Part shown: positions 1-12,989 of the stretch, one piece after another
How positions within the stretch are numbered: the stretch's first letter is position 1
Layout: the number at the start of each line of letters is the position of its first letter
Source of the DNA: Callorhinchus milii
Taxonomy: Eukaryota
NCBI RefSeq assembly: GCF_018977255.1
Contig: NW_024704743.1
Span: forward strand, 74,774,001-74,838,000
Direction of reading: 5' to 3'
Length of the DNA: 64,000 bases
Program-made: the position numbers and the translations under genes
The notes under the pieces: model-generated
Databases searched by the model: none
What the model was told of the DNA's origin: nothing
Seen by the model: only the letters and a program-made list of their open reading frames with translations

Positions 1-502
1 AGGGTGCAAAGGAGATTCACAAGGATGATCCTGAACTGAGAGGTTATACCTATCAGGAAAGGCTGAACATAGTTGGACTCTTTTTTTCTTGAAATGAGGA
101 GGGTAAGGGGTGATCTGATAGAGGTCTTTAAAATTATGAAAGGTTTTGATAGGGTAGACATAGAGAAAATGTTTCCACTTGTGGGAGAGACCAAAAACAG
201 TGGCCATCAATATAAAATAGTCACAAATAGATCAAATAGGGAAGTTAGAAGAAATTTCTTCACACAGAGAGTGGTGGGAATGTGGAACTTGCTACCACAA
301 GGAGTTGTAGAGGCAAATAGCATAGATGTATTTAAGGGGAAGCGAGATAGGTACATGAGGGTGAAAGGAATAGAAGGTTATGCTTGAAGGCTCAGTTGAG
401 AAAGGGCAGGAGGAGGCTCATGTGGAACATAAACACCGGCATAGACCAGTTGGGCCGAATGGCGTGTTTCTGTGCTGTATATTCTAATGTATTCTAATGT
501 AT
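1..502 (+). mobile_element. CR1 LINE 3' end
   Basis: ORF 73..387 RRVRGDLIEVFKIMKGFDRVD...RRNFFTQRVVGMWNLLP is the CR1 ORF2 C-terminus; tail tgggccgaatgg...attctaatgt attctaatgt. Confidence 0.9.
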
Positions 503-706
503 GCAATGGTGCAGTTGTGATGGTTTTAACAGTATCCTTCTCTGGTGAGATGTTTGTGATTCCAAGCCATTAAAGAATAGTGTGAAAAGCAAGAGACACA
601 AACTCCACCTTTGAAACTCCACTCATCACTATTAACAGGCAGAGCTTTTCCTCTTGGTCATAAGCTTGTGCTTCAACTTGTGTATTGCTCAGCCAATACA
701 CAATTT

Positions 707-1034
707 GTGGAGTCCTGTAGCTCAGTGGTTAGAGCACTCACTTTGCAAGTGAGAGACCTGAGTTCAATTCCAGGCAGAGGGCGAAACCTTGGGCAAGTTT
801 CCTTACTCCACACAGAGCCTAATAATAATCCCTCCAAAAAACCAAAAACAATAATTAAATTGGTCATTTTCAATCTACGACTGTTTGTGGGACATTGCTG
901 TGCGCAATTGGCTGCCGCGTTCGCCCACAAATGTACAGTCAATTCACTTTACAGTGTGTTCTGTGAAGCGCTTTGGGACGTCCTCCCGACGTGAAAACGC
1001 TATATCAAATGCAAGGATTATTATTATTATTATT
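707..1034 (+). mobile_element. tRNA(Ala)-headed SINE, short subfamily, full length
   Basis: A box TAGCTCAGTGG, anticodon arm around TTTGCAA, B box GTTCAATTCC, Deu-type block ctgtttgtgggacattgctgtgcgcaattggctgccgcg, L2-type tail stem-loop, (TTA)n. Confidence 0.9.
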
Positions 1035-1080
1035 AATTTAGAATGCAAGTTAATTTGACTTTAGAATACAAGTTAATTAG

Positions 1081-1472
1081 CCTTCAAAACCCTCTACGGC
1101 CTTGTTCCTTCCTACCTCTGTGACCTGCTAACGCCATATCAACCTGTCCATTCCATCCACTCAGCAGGCTCCGGCCTGCTCCACGTCTCCCACTTGACTC
1201 ACCCCACCAGCAGCGGTCGGGCCTTCAGCTGCTGCCCCCACAGTCCATCCCACAGTCCCTTCGCCTCACTCCATCCCTTGCCTCCTTCAAGGCACGTTTC
1301 AAAACCCTGCTCTTCGACCGTGCCTTCGGCCATCCTCCTAACCCTACCATCCCTGTCCTCCACCCCTCCTGATCCCAACCCCCTGCTCGGGTCCAAATCC
1401 CTGACTGTCCAGCGCCTTGGGATGTCCTCCCAACGTGAAAATTACTGTACAAATCTAATTTGTTGTTGTTGA
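1081..1472 (+). mobile_element. L2 LINE 3' fragment
   Basis: Similar to the 3' end of the 26971-28000 element; agcgccttgggatgtcctcccaacgtgaaa tail and (TTG)n. Confidence 0.8.
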
Positions 1473-1779
1473 TGCCCAATTCTTAAAAGTTTCTTAAAGG
1501 TTTCACCTAGAGACCGCTGTCAAATGCCTTTTGAGAATTTAGCCACCATCACATTAGTTTAGTCTATTAAAATAAAATCCATTACATTCATGTGGTTGCT
1601 GCATTCGCCACAAAATTTGCGTCCTTTCGTTGACGTGGTAAGGCGCTCTTTCAATCTGTTTACTTAAACCACAACTGTGTGACACTGCTGTGTGCAATTG
1701 GCTGCCTCATTTCACCGACAAATACGCAGTACATTAATTTCAAGGTATATTCTGTGAAGTACTTTGAGATGTTTTTGAA

Positions 1780-2800
1780 GGAGGCAAAAGAGGGAGCAAG
1801 GTGAAGGGATTGTGTGATAGAGTTCCAAAGAATGGGGAGAGAGAGGCCGAAAGCCGGGTCATCGATGGTAGGGCGGGTTGGGCGCGAGACCTGGAGCCTG
1901 CTGAGCGGAGGGAGCGGACAGTTTGATAGGGGGTCAGCAGGTCAAAGATGTAGTGGGGGCAAGCCTTGGAGGCCCTTGAACGTGAGGACGACGATTTTGA
2001 ATTCTATCCTCTGAGGGATGGGAAGTCAGGGGAGGGTGGGGTGATGGGGTCATGGAACCTGGTGCAGGAGTGGACACGAGCTGCTGAGTACTGGATGATC
2101 TGCAACTTGTGGAGGGAAATGTTGGGGAGGCCGACATTTCTGTAGTCGAGCCTTGAGGTGACGAATGCGTGTGTGAGGGTTTCGGCAGCTTAAGGGGTGA
2201 GGCAGTGACTGAGTCAGGCAATGGCACGGATATGGGGGAGAAAGGACAGTTGAGGATCGAACAAAAACACCCAGGTTCCTAAGTGGCTAGGTTAGATGGA
2301 GTGTGCAACCGTGGATACTGATACTGAGGTGCGGAGGCACCGGCACAAGCCAACCAAGAGAGCCTCAGTCTTGCTGACATTCAACTATAGAAAGTTGGTT
2401 CTCATCCAGGACTTGATGTCAGACAGGCAAGGCAGTCTGTCAGGGCAGCAGTTGTCCTGGAGTTGAGGGTGGAGGGAGAAAGATAGAGTTGGGTGTCATC
2501 TGCATACTTTTAGAGGTTGACCCCATGACTGCGGATGATGTCACCAAGGGGGAGCATGTAGAGTTGAAGAGGAGGGGACCGAGGATGGAGCCCTGAGGAA
2601 TGCCTCACAAGACTGTGCGGAAGCTGGAAGAGAAACCATTGGCAGAAACAAATTGGAGATGGTGTGAGAGATGAGACCTGAACTATTCAAGAACAGCACT
2701 TTGAAGGCTGAGGCAGCAGAGAGGTCGAAGAGGATGAGGAGGCAGAGTGAGCCCTGGTCACAGATGGACAAAATGTCATTTGTCACCTTGACCAGAGCAG
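1780..2800 (-). mobile_element. Degenerate L2 LINE RT fragment
   Basis: [24 protein letters not shown] and PQGS motifs; internal deletions. Confidence 0.8.
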
Positions 2801-3387
2801 ACTATGAGCAGCGACTGGAGGAACTGGGAATTTTTCAATTGGAACAAAAAAGTTTGATAGTAATCTTTAAAATTATGAGGGGGTTTGATGGAGTCAGTAG
2901 GCAGAAATTATTTCCACTGGTTGGTGAGTTAGTAATTTTAAGATGGTTAGCAAATGAGCAAATGGGGGTTTACACTGTTTAGTTAGGATATGAATGCCCT
3001 GCTGTCCAGTGCCTTGGGACGTCCTCACGACGTGAAAGGCGCTCTATAAATGGAATCTTGCTGTTGTTGTTGTTGGGAGTGGTGTTAACTACAGGGGTAT
3101 GGGGAAAGGGTCGGTAAATGGGACTGAAAGGATTGATCTTAAAAGAGCCAGCACAGACACGATGAGACAAATTTCCTTCCTCTGTCCAGTAAATGGTTCT
3201 ATGATATATGATTTGCTCCATGTAAGAGCATTGATAATCATCCTATTCTCAACTAGTTCTTCACCACAAATGTAAGCATAATGAGTGATACCGGTTTCAT
3301 TCTGTGCTTTATGTTCTTACTCTCATGGTACATTCTGTTTGCTCTATATATAGAAGTATAAGCAATGCCAATTTTTGCCATTTATAG

Positions 3388-3520
3388 AAACTTTTACAAA
3401 GCCGGATGATGCAACGTTTGACATCATCACAGATGAAGAGCTCAATGAAATTGAAGAAAATGACTGTTGTCCACCTATAAGAAGCCAATCAGAGTCATCT
3501 TTTGAGAATACTCCATCTCT
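3388..3520 (+). CDS. FYCO1: FYCO1 internal coding exon carrying the LC3-interacting (LIR) motif
   Basis: tttatag acceptor (ends 3387) and gtgagt donor (3521). Translates TFTKPDDATFDIITDEELNEIEENDCCPPIRSQSESSFENTPS, matching the FYCO1 LIR PPDDAVFDIITDEEL. Confidence 0.93.
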
Positions 3521-3954
3521 GTGAGTAAATGCTCTTGGAACGTACCTTGTCTCAAATGAAACGATGATTAACATATTGTGGCGTAATGATATATGTACAA
3601 TATAAATGAAAACTTCCTCTGAAGAGCAGTTAAATTAGAACTGTCTTAGTTTTTCCCTCATTGTGAGTTTTAGCTTTTGATCACTATAATTTTCAAATGA
3701 ATGGAATACATCCAGTCTGTACAGTTCATACAGTTTCCAGTCTGAGTATTTATTTAAACATTTAAATCAGTTATTTTTCATATTGCCCTTCAGCAGCAGC
3801 CATTTTTCTGCAACAAATTAGCCAGTTACTAATCTCTCTGTGTTACCCTTGATACTCAATGACATCAGTTTCTAAAGGAGCCTTGTGTGATTTTGGTGAA
3901 GGCCTTTTGAATGTCTAGGTACACAACGTCATATGCATTTGAAATCGGCATGTC

Positions 3955-5290
3955 AACAACAACAACAACAACAAGATTCCATTTATAAAGCGCCTTTCAC
4001 GTCAGGAGGACGTCCCAAGGCGCTGCACAGTTGGGTCATGACCCGAGCAGGGGGGAAATGGTCAGGGTGAGGGGAGGGAAGGGAGGGAGCGAGGAGGGGG
4101 AAATGGTCAGGGTGAGGGGAGGGAAGGGAGGGAGCGAGGAGGGGGGAAATGGTCAGGGTGAGGGGAGGGAAGGAAGGGAGCGAGGAGGGGAAGAGAGTCG
4201 AGAGGGGAGCTGAAGGCTCGGTCAAAGAGAAAGGTTTTGAGACCGGCCTTGAAGGAGGAGAGGGAGGAAGCGGCGAAGGCACTGGGGGATAGAGTTCCAG
4301 AGCCTGGGGGCTGAGAGGCTGAAGGCCCGACCACCGATGGTAGGGCGGTTGGGGCGGGGGACGTGGAGCAGACCGGAGCCAGAGGAACGGAGGGTACGGG
4401 CAGGTAGGTAGGGGGATAGTAGGTTGGAGAGGTAGGAGGGAGCAAGGCCGTGAATGGCCTTGTAGGTGAGGATGAGGATCTTGAAATCAATCCTCTGGGG
4501 GATGGGGAGCCAGTGGAGGCGAGCGAGGGTGGGAGTGATGTGGTCGCGGTGTCTGGTGCGGGACAGTACACGAGCTGCAGAGTTCTGAATGACCTGCAGC
4601 TTGTGGAGGGAGGTGGCGGGAAGGCCGGCGAGGAGAGAGTTCCCATAGTCCAGCCTTGAGGTGACAAAGGCGTGGACCAGGGTTTCAGCAGCGTGAGGGG
4701 TGAGGTAATGCCGTAGTCTGGCGATGTTCCGGAGGTGATGGAAGGCGGTGCCAGTTGTGGTGCGGATGTGAGGGAGAAAGGACAGCTCAGGGTCGAACAA
4801 AACGCCGAGGTTCCTGACTGGCTTTGAGAGGTGGAGAGTGCAGCCTTGGATGCTGATGGTGTCAGCGCCTGAGGTGCGGAGGCGCTGACGTGAGCCAATC
4901 AGGAGGGCCTCGGTTTTTCGCAGGTTGAGCTGAAGAAAGTTTTCTCTCGTCCAGGACTCGATGTCGGACAGGCAGGGTGTCAGGACATCGGTGGTCGTGG
5001 AGTTGAGAGTAGAGGAGGAAAGGTAGAGTTGGGTGTCATCCGCATACATGTGGAAGTTAACCCCATGTCTGCGGATGATGTCACCAAGGGGGAGCATATA
5101 GAGGGTGAAGAGGAGGGGACCGAAGACAGAGCCCTGAGGGACTCCACATGAGACAGTACGGGGGGTGGAGGAGAAGCCATTCGTCGAGACAAAGTGAAGA
5201 CGGTGAGAAAGGTACGACCTAAACCACTCAAGGACAGTGCCTCGAAGGTTGAGGTGGGAGGACAAGCGGTGGAGTAGGATAGCGTGGTCA
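3955..5290 (-). mobile_element. Young 5'-truncated L2 LINE (RT core to 3' tail)
   Basis: 347-aa ORF 4222..5265 with [24 protein letters not shown] and LHWLPI; 3' UTR with three ~45-bp tandem units; stem-loop tail and (TTG)n. Confidence 0.95.
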
Positions 5291-6184
5291 CCTCCTCAAA
5301 ACGTTTATGGGGTTGTTAGATGAGATCTACTGCCTTGTGTCTCCAAGCAGTGCATAGTTCTTTCATCCCATGGGATATATTGGCTTTCAGCCCCTTGAGC
5401 TATAAGTTCTTGCCTCACATTCTTTAGTCCTGTTGTTCTCATGAATCATCATTTGCTGTCCCTCATCACAAAGTTAAAGCCTCAGATTGTGATAAGAGTC
5501 TGTATGAAAGCTATGATATGCCACAATCATAATTTGTGTAGTGTCAAATGTGCAATGTGCTGTCTTCAGCCTAAATCCTGACCACTATAATAACTCACAC
5601 ACTTCAAAGAGGTTGCTTTTCACACAGACTTTGCAGTGAAACTTTTATTTCCAATTTTCTTTAAATTGGAAGTGGCACATTCTATGATTTTACTGATGTA
5701 TTGACTATCCTCAATAATTCTCTAAGCTCTACGTGAATACAAAATGCAAAGACAGTAAACACTGGTACACCAGATTCTGTGCTTGAGTTTAACCAGTTGT
5801 TCCTTGTAGAATATGTTCAAAGATCCCCAATTTAGATACTCAAATCTATATTCTCAGCTCTAAATGCTTTCAGTAATTTTACAATTTGAAGAAAGCATGA
5901 GATGTTAAAAGGTTATTATATGTTAAGACCATAAGACGTAGGAGTAGACTATTCAGCCCCTCGAGCCTGCCCTGGCATTAATGCAAGATTCATCAGTAAT
6001 GCAAGAGTGATTGCGCTGATGCAAGAACTGATGTTAACCTGGCACTGATCAAAGATTCATTACGCATGAAACCAACAGACCACAAAACCTGCAAGGTCTT
6101 GTCACACCATACTTGTATCATTTTGTTTTGATATTTTCAGAACCTGGTGAAAGCTAAGAACCTGAGTTCCAAACATGCCTTTAG

Positions 6185-6895
6185 TGCAATCCTGTAGCGT
6201 ATTGGTTAGCACGCTCATCTCTCAAGCGAGAAGACCTGGGATCAATTCCCGGACCTGGCAAAACCTTAGCCAGGTTTCCTTACTCCACACTCCTCTGTTT
6301 ACCTACCAGTAAGTTAGTCGATTGGCATAATAATCCCTTCAAAAAAAATAATAATTTAGTCATTCAATCCATGAAAATGTTTTTGCTATCACATTACTTT
6401 AGTTCCTTAAAATAAAATGCATTGCGTTCATGTAACTGTAGCTTTCGCCCACAAAATTCACATCCTCTCGACGACCATAATAAGACACTTTATCAATTTG
6501 TGTTCCTAGCAGTAAATCGGAATCCAGGTGTTAATCAATTGTCAGATCGATTTTCCGTGGAGAAAAATCCCTTCAAAAAAAATAATCAAATCAAATAAAA
6601 AATGATTTGGTAACCCAATTCTTGACTGTTTGTACAACAAAAACAAAAGTTGCTGAGAATACTCAGCAGGTCAGGCAGCATCTATGGAGAAAGAAACGTT
6701 TCGGACATTTTGTGGACGTTTCGGGTCCACAAACCTTCGTCAGAACTGTTTGTAGGACACTGCTGTGAAGAATTAGCTACAACGTTTTGCCCACATAATA
6801 CAATAAATCCACTTTACAATAGTCAGTGAAGCACTTTGAGACATCTCAACAATGTGATAAGGCGCTATATAAAATGCAAGAATTGTTATTATTTA
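6185..6895 (+). mobile_element. Degenerate long-subfamily tRNA-SINE (composite) hosting a nested insertion
   Basis: tRNA head, ctctgtttacctaccagtaagt segment, Deu block split at 6635-6744, L2-type tail. Confidence 0.7.
6635..6744 (-). mobile_element. Short Penelope-type element with hammerhead ribozyme core, flanked by a 10-bp TSD
   Basis: Minus strand TCTGACGAAGG..ACCCGAAACGT...CCATAGATGCTGCCTGACCTGCTGAGT; ACTGTTTGTA at 6625-6634 and 6745-6754. Confidence 0.75.
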
Positions 6896-8964
6896 TTGTA
6901 TAGAGAATGACTGCAGTGTATACAGGAACCATTTTAGGGAGCCATTTCCTGGTAGTGTTTGCTTGAGTAATACGCTTGAGGAATACTGAGGATAGATTTC
7001 AAGGAACATCTCTCTACTGGTTTGAGGAAATGGATGCAAGATATTATCTCTAATAAGAATGATCGTTGCTCACATGACTCTTGCAAAATTTAGAGTGGAC
7101 CAAGCCTCCAGACCATTTGATTTGTTTCTGTCTGCGAGCATGTTGCTCTGCTGGAGTCAACCAAACATCAGCAAGGTAAACATATTTAATTCACTTTATC
7201 AGGTTGAAAATTTTGTTTACAGTTCCAGACCAGCATTCGTTTCAGCAGTATTATGCTGGTGCAGAAACTCAGTGTCTTGTTTGACTCCCAACTGTTATGT
7301 CCTTTAAACCCCATGTGTGTGCTCTGACCGCTCAGCTTTCCCTCACCTCTGAAATTTTGCCCACCTCACTACCTCTTCACTCAGACCACCGAGACCCTCA
7401 TCCATGCTTTTCTCACCCTCAGGGTTGATACTGTATGGCATTACAGTGACAGTGCATCTGGTTGAAGATGTTTTAGTTTGTTCTGTGTATTTTGCACAAT
7501 GACCTGATATTGTTCATACACACAATGAGTCCGGTACCAATTAGTATGGGTATTGAATTCCAATGTAATCCTTTATCCTGTTTGAGAATTTTAAATTGTA
7601 AATCTATGCCTTCCAGTTCAGCTCTCCCTGTTCATGTATTCAAATGACAAAAGGACTAAAATATGAATTTTACATAAGTCAAAATCTTTCATGCATGCAT
7701 ACATCAACAGAGTGGTATAGAAATGGACACATAATCATACCAATGAGGTTCATGGATATGTGGTCTAATTGCTCAGTTTAATTATGAGTGCAAACTTCTA
7801 TCTCTAGCCTCTGATAGGTTTGCATGCATTGTTGCACCACAGCCTATTTCTGCAACATATTTATTGCATTCACTAGCTAGAGGAACTGCTACATTACTGA
7901 AAATTTATAAAAATGTTTAAAAAGTGGTAGATTATCCAGGGAACCATTCCAATGATAGTTGCAAAGCTATGTGTAATTTTTCTATTTTTTACCATTGGTA
8001 AAATTAGCAGTTGAACCAGAATTCAGAGAATTTGTGGGCTTTCTGAAATCTTGAAATTAGTCATGTGGTTAAAATGTGCTAATGTTATACATATAAAATA
8101 ATTTTGATACAGTCTACATTTCTTAGAAGCTGCTGTTAACACCTCATGTGTTGTGCTATTCTACACTTTGTTGCTTTGACCACATAGCACATTAGTCAGC
8201 TATATCACTGTCTTTACCTTACATCTGATCTCAGTAGATCAGACAAGCAACCAAATTTAAAAGTCTTATTTTATTGGACAAATCAATTTGAAACCAGTAC
8301 ATGATTTCTAAATAACATAGGGCTGATTTAAAAGAAACTCTTCATCATATTGTACTTGAGGCTTGGTTCTTTTCACCTCAAAGAACTTTGCACAATATTT
8401 TGAAGTAGTGTCTGTTTGCACAGGTAGCAAGTGATCTGCATCAGTATCATCCTATCGACAGAAATTAAATAAATATCCTGTTTTTTGATCAGTTATAATA
8501 ATAATCCTTGAATTGATATATAGCACCTTATCAGTTGTTGAGAAGCCTCAAAGCACTTAATAACACATGGGAGCACCCATTATAACGCAGTCATTAGGGT
8601 CCGTGTAAACCAAAGCATCGCAATAACAAAGCGCAGTAACTGATCAGCAATTCCAAGTTCCCTGAGAAGGCATGCAGTTTCCTGTGCACTTCCCACACTG
8701 AAGAATAGTTATCTTCTGCCTTATCAGGTTGCACCAAGCTTGCTTTTTGCAAGCTGCGCAGCTCATGGGAAATGACACTTGCCTCGCCCTGATGACCTAG
8801 AAGTTTGCCACTTTTTAGTACACAGGGTACCAGCCATCATGCAGAAAATCAAAATGGCTGGTTTCTAGGACATCTGGTCCCAGTCAGCATCACTTCGCGA
8901 TGAAGTGACCTGATGAGCCGGAGGTTGGCAGGAAGCACCTTTAATGTCTGTAAATGTGTTTCTT

Positions 8965-8993
8965 TTTCTGTGTCTGTGAGTGTCTGAGTATGT

Positions 8994-9024
<31 letters not shown>

Positions 9025-9288
9025 TCTTTCACTCTCTCTCTATGAGTGTGTCTCCCTCTGTGTGTGTGTCTCTTTCTCTATATGTTTGAGTGTGTGTGTC
9101 TCTGTGTCTGTGCGTGTGTGTCTCTCTGTGAGTGTGTGTGCATGTCTTTTTCTGTGTCTGAGTGTGTGTGTGTCTGTGAGTGTGTGTGTGTCTGTGAGTG
9201 TGTGTGTGTCTGTGAGTGTGTGTGTCTCTGTGAGTGTGTGTGTCTCTCGCAGTGAGTGTCTCTTTGTCCGTGAGTGTGTGTGTGTGTA
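8965..9288. repeat. Complex (TG)/(TC) microsatellite-minisatellite with a poly-G run
   Basis: Repeated tctgtgagtgtgtgtgtg units; explains the low-complexity ORFs at 8954-9555. Confidence 0.95.
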
Positions 9289-9294
9289 TAGATC

Positions 9295-9435
9295 GTAACA
9301 ACTCTCTGTGTAAAAAAATGTTCTCATCTCCCCTCTGGTTCTTTTGCCAATTATCTTGAATCTATGTCCCCGAGTTACTGACCCATCTGCCAATGGAAAC
9401 AGTTTTTCCTTATTTACTCTATAAAAATCCCTCAC
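9295..9435 (-). mobile_element. CR1 fragment
   Basis: KLFPLADGSVTRGHRFKIIGKRTRGEMRTFF peptide. Confidence 0.75.
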
Positions 9436-9479
9436 ACAGGTTAGCATCCCAGAGTGTGACCCTTCAAGTGCTACCTGAA

Positions 9480-10170
9480 GATGTGGAAGGAGTGGGCAAG
9501 GTGGAGGGATAGAGGAAGAGCATTTCAGAGACCCGGTATGGTCGTAGGCAGACAATGTGGCTGAGGTGGAGGAAAGCGGTCATGGTCAGGGACCAGGTTG
9601 GGATAAGAACAGCTGTGGGTCAAGTCTGACGCCAAAGTTGCGCACCAGTTCAGTGAGTCTGAGGAATAGGCTGGGGAGGTTGAGGAGATCAGAGCCGCAG
9701 GATAGAAGATGTTGATGGAAGCCAAGGCTTCCGTCTTGTCTACATTTAGTTGCAGGCCCTGGTGTCTGACAAGCGAACTGACAGAACATTGTCGGTCCTG
9801 GAGTCGAATGCTGGAGGAGAAGTAGATTTGGGTGTCATCCACATACATATGGAAGTTGACCCCCATGTCTGCGGATGATATCGCCGAGAGGAAGCATGTA
9901 GATGAGGAAGAGGAGGGTGCCAAGGATGGAGCCTTGTGGTACGTTACACGGAGGAGAAGAAACCGTTTGCAGAGATGAAGTGAAGGCGGTTGTTAAGTAC
10001 GACTTGAACTAGGATAGTGTGGTCCCACTGAGGTGGATGAGGGAGGAGAGGCGGTGGATGAGGATGGAGTGGTGGACCATGTTGAACATGGGCGGAAAGG
10101 TCCAGGAGGACGAGGAAGCAGAGTCGCACAGAGAGAGGACATAATTTATGACCTTTACAAGGGTTGTCTC
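9480..10170 (-). mobile_element. Degenerate L2 RT fragment
   Basis: GVNFHMYVDDTQIY and LQLNVDKTEA remnants. Confidence 0.8.
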
Positions 10171-10240
10171 TGTGTTGTGGGCAAGGCAGAAACCATAAAA
10201 AATATGCAGAGTTGTAGTAAATCCTCTGAAACACTTCTAC

Positions 10241-10552
10241 AATAATAATAATAATCCTTGCATTTGATATAGCACTTTTTTACGTCTTCTAGACGTCTCA
10301 AAGGACATCACAGAATAGACTATAGAGTGAATTGTATATTTGTGGGCGAAACACGACAGCTAATTGCGCACAGTAGTGTCTCACAAACATTCGTGGATTG
10401 AAGTGACCAATTTTATTATTGTGGTTTTTTTTGAAGGATTATTATCAGGCATGTGGAGTAAGGAAACTTGCCCATGGTTTCGCTCTGAGGGAATTGAACC
10501 CAGGTCTCTCGCTTGTGAGACTAGTGCTCTAACCACTGAGCTACAGGACTCC
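10241..10552 (-). mobile_element. tRNA-headed SINE, short subfamily
   Basis: Reverse-complement match to 707-1034. Confidence 0.85.
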
Positions 10553-10679
10553 TTTCAAAGGGATAAAGTGCTTTATCAAGGCAGGACTATTATTATAACT
10601 TGCCAAAGGGCAAACTAATAGAGATCAAAGGGGTGTTAGACAAATCCTCTGTTGGGCCCACCGTAGCAGACTCTGATGG

Positions 10680-12675
10680 CTGTCCAACAGCAGCCATTCT
10701 GACTGCCCTATCCCCCATTCTCACTGCAAGGCCCATCGGTCCCTGACCCCGGGGCCAAACTCTCCTCCCTCATCCACATTCCCACCCTCCCTGTCAAACC
10801 TTACCCTCCCCCCATCGTCCCCCACATTCCGACCCCATCTGTCACCTCCGCATCGGCCTACAAAATGTCCGCTCCCTCTCCAATACAACACTCAACATCC
10901 AAGACCTCAATGACGATGAAAACATTGAATTTCTCACCCTCACGAAAACCAGGCAACACCTTTCCCCTGACAGAGGCCACATCACCTGGCTACACCTTCC
11001 GTCATACCCCACGACCTAACCGCCATGGTGGTCGTGTGGCTCTCGTCTCCCGGTCCCCGCTCGGCCTATCCCCTTACTCCTCTGGAACCTTCCCTTCTTT
11101 TGAGCACCTTACCCTTTATCACCCCTCCAACCATTCCCTCAAAATTCTCCTTATCTTTCGCACCCCCAAATCCTCCCCCACATCTCCACCCTCCTATCGT
11201 CCCTCTCCCTCTGTTCCGAACACCTCCTCATCCTAAGCGACGTCTACCTTCAGTTCACCTCCTTCTGCTCTTCCTCTGCCAACTTCTGCCCTAGGCTCCT
11301 CTTGCCCATCACCAACCTGCTCCTCCACCCACCTTCTCACGCCTCGCCCATCCACTCTACTAACTCCAACTGCGAAGCGATGCTGGGCTTCCTTAATGCC
11401 AAAGTCGAGGGGATCCACTCAGCTGCCTCTGTCCTTCCGACTACATCCCCTCCCCATCTCCATCACACCCTAGGCCTTTCCCTCCCTCCACACCTTTGAA
11501 CCTGTCTCCCACTCCTCCCTCACCACCACTATAACCTGCATGAAACCGACCACCTGCTCCCATCACTACCCCTCTCCTTACCTCCCAGCTCCACCTCCTT
11601 GCCCCTCCATTCACAGACATCATAAACCTCTCTCTGTCCACTGGCACCATTCCCACTCATTTAAAAATAAATAGCAGTCATCATCTCTATCCTTAAAAAA
11701 AACCTTCCTTGGACACATCCCTGCTCTCAAATTACCACCTCATCTCCAACCTCCCTTTCTTTTCCAAGGTCCTTGGATCGCCGTCCAGCATGGAGGGCGC
11801 TATATAAATCCAAGTTCTTGTTGTTGTCCTGCAACGAGTTGTTGCTTCCCAGCTTCGTTACTACCTCTCCTGCCACTCAGTTCACGAACCCTTCCACGGG
11901 TTTCCATGCCACCCACATCACAGAAGCAGCTTTGGTCAAAGTGACAAATGATATTTTGTCCATCTGTGACCAGGGCTCCCTCTGCCGCCTCGTTCTCCTT
12001 GACCTCTCTGCTGTCTTTGATACAGTTGACCACTCTATCCTCCTCCAACGCCTCTCCTCTCACCTGAACCTTCATGAATAGTTCAGATCGTACCTCTCAC
12101 ACCATCTCCGCCTCCTCTCCACAAACGGTTTCTCCTCTAGCCCCCATACCGTCTCGTGCGGAATTCCTCAGGGCTCTGTCCTTGGTCCCCTCCTCTTCAA
12201 TATCTATATGCTCCCCCTTGGTGACATCATCCACTGACACTGGGTCAACTTCCACATGTATGTGGATGACACCCAAGTCTATCTCTCTGTCTCCACCCTC
12301 GATTCCACGGCCACTACTGTGCTGACAGACTGTCTGTCAGACATCAAGTCCTGGATGAGAGCTAACTTTCTCCAGTTGAACATCAACAAGACCGAGGCCC
12401 TCCTGATTGGCTCCCGTCAGCGCCTTCACATCTCAGGCGCTGACAGCATCACCATCCAAGGATGGACACCCCATCCCCTCCAGATTCCACTGGTTTCCCA
12501 TCACACAGAGGATACCGTTCAAGATCCTGGTCCATACCTTCAAAGCCCTCCATGGCCTTGCTCCTCCCTACCTCTGCGACCTCCTAACCCCTACCAACCT
12601 CTCCGTTCAGTGGGCTCCGGCCTGCTTCATGTCCCCCGCCTTGTCCACCCCACCAATAGCGGGCGGGCCTTCAGT
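10680..12675 (+). mobile_element. Internally deleted L2 LINE from ORF2 start (APE endonuclease and RT remnants)
   Basis: PGYTFRHTPRPNRHGGRVA (APE), [33 protein letters not shown]; a separate L2 tail is inserted at ~11775-11826. Confidence 0.85.
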
Positions 12676-12989
12676 GATCAGCATTTTCACGTATTATGTG
12701 AAGTTGGTTACTGCAAAGGCTTGATGCTAAAAACCAAATTAGTAGCGTTAAGAAAATCAAAGCGAAGATGGACAGGATTAAGTTGTAAACTGGTTTGACC
12801 CAGTGTGATGATGGACCTTTGCTTTGATAGTGTCTGTTTTGGTGAAAGACAAAATAAATGTTGGGATTTTCATTTTTTACAAGCTTGCTATCCACTGAGT
12901 GTGTACTGCATCCTGCTCAATTGTTTATGAAAACTAACAGTCAAAGAAAGAGTGAAATTACTTTTAGCTGAAGTAGGAAATCTCAAAGT

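Noticed and set aside
4107..4898. 263-aa Ser/Pro/Thr-rich ORF (and its twin 27013..27804)
   Set aside because: Alternative frame of the C-rich L2 ORF2; not an independent gene.
4222..5265. RT ORF as an autonomous element or a retron/DGR-type system
   Set aside because: Ordinary 5'-truncated L2 lacking the endonuclease and N-terminal RT motifs; eukaryotic context.
8954..9555. Cys/Val- and Thr/His-rich ORFs
   Set aside because: Translations of the TG microsatellite.
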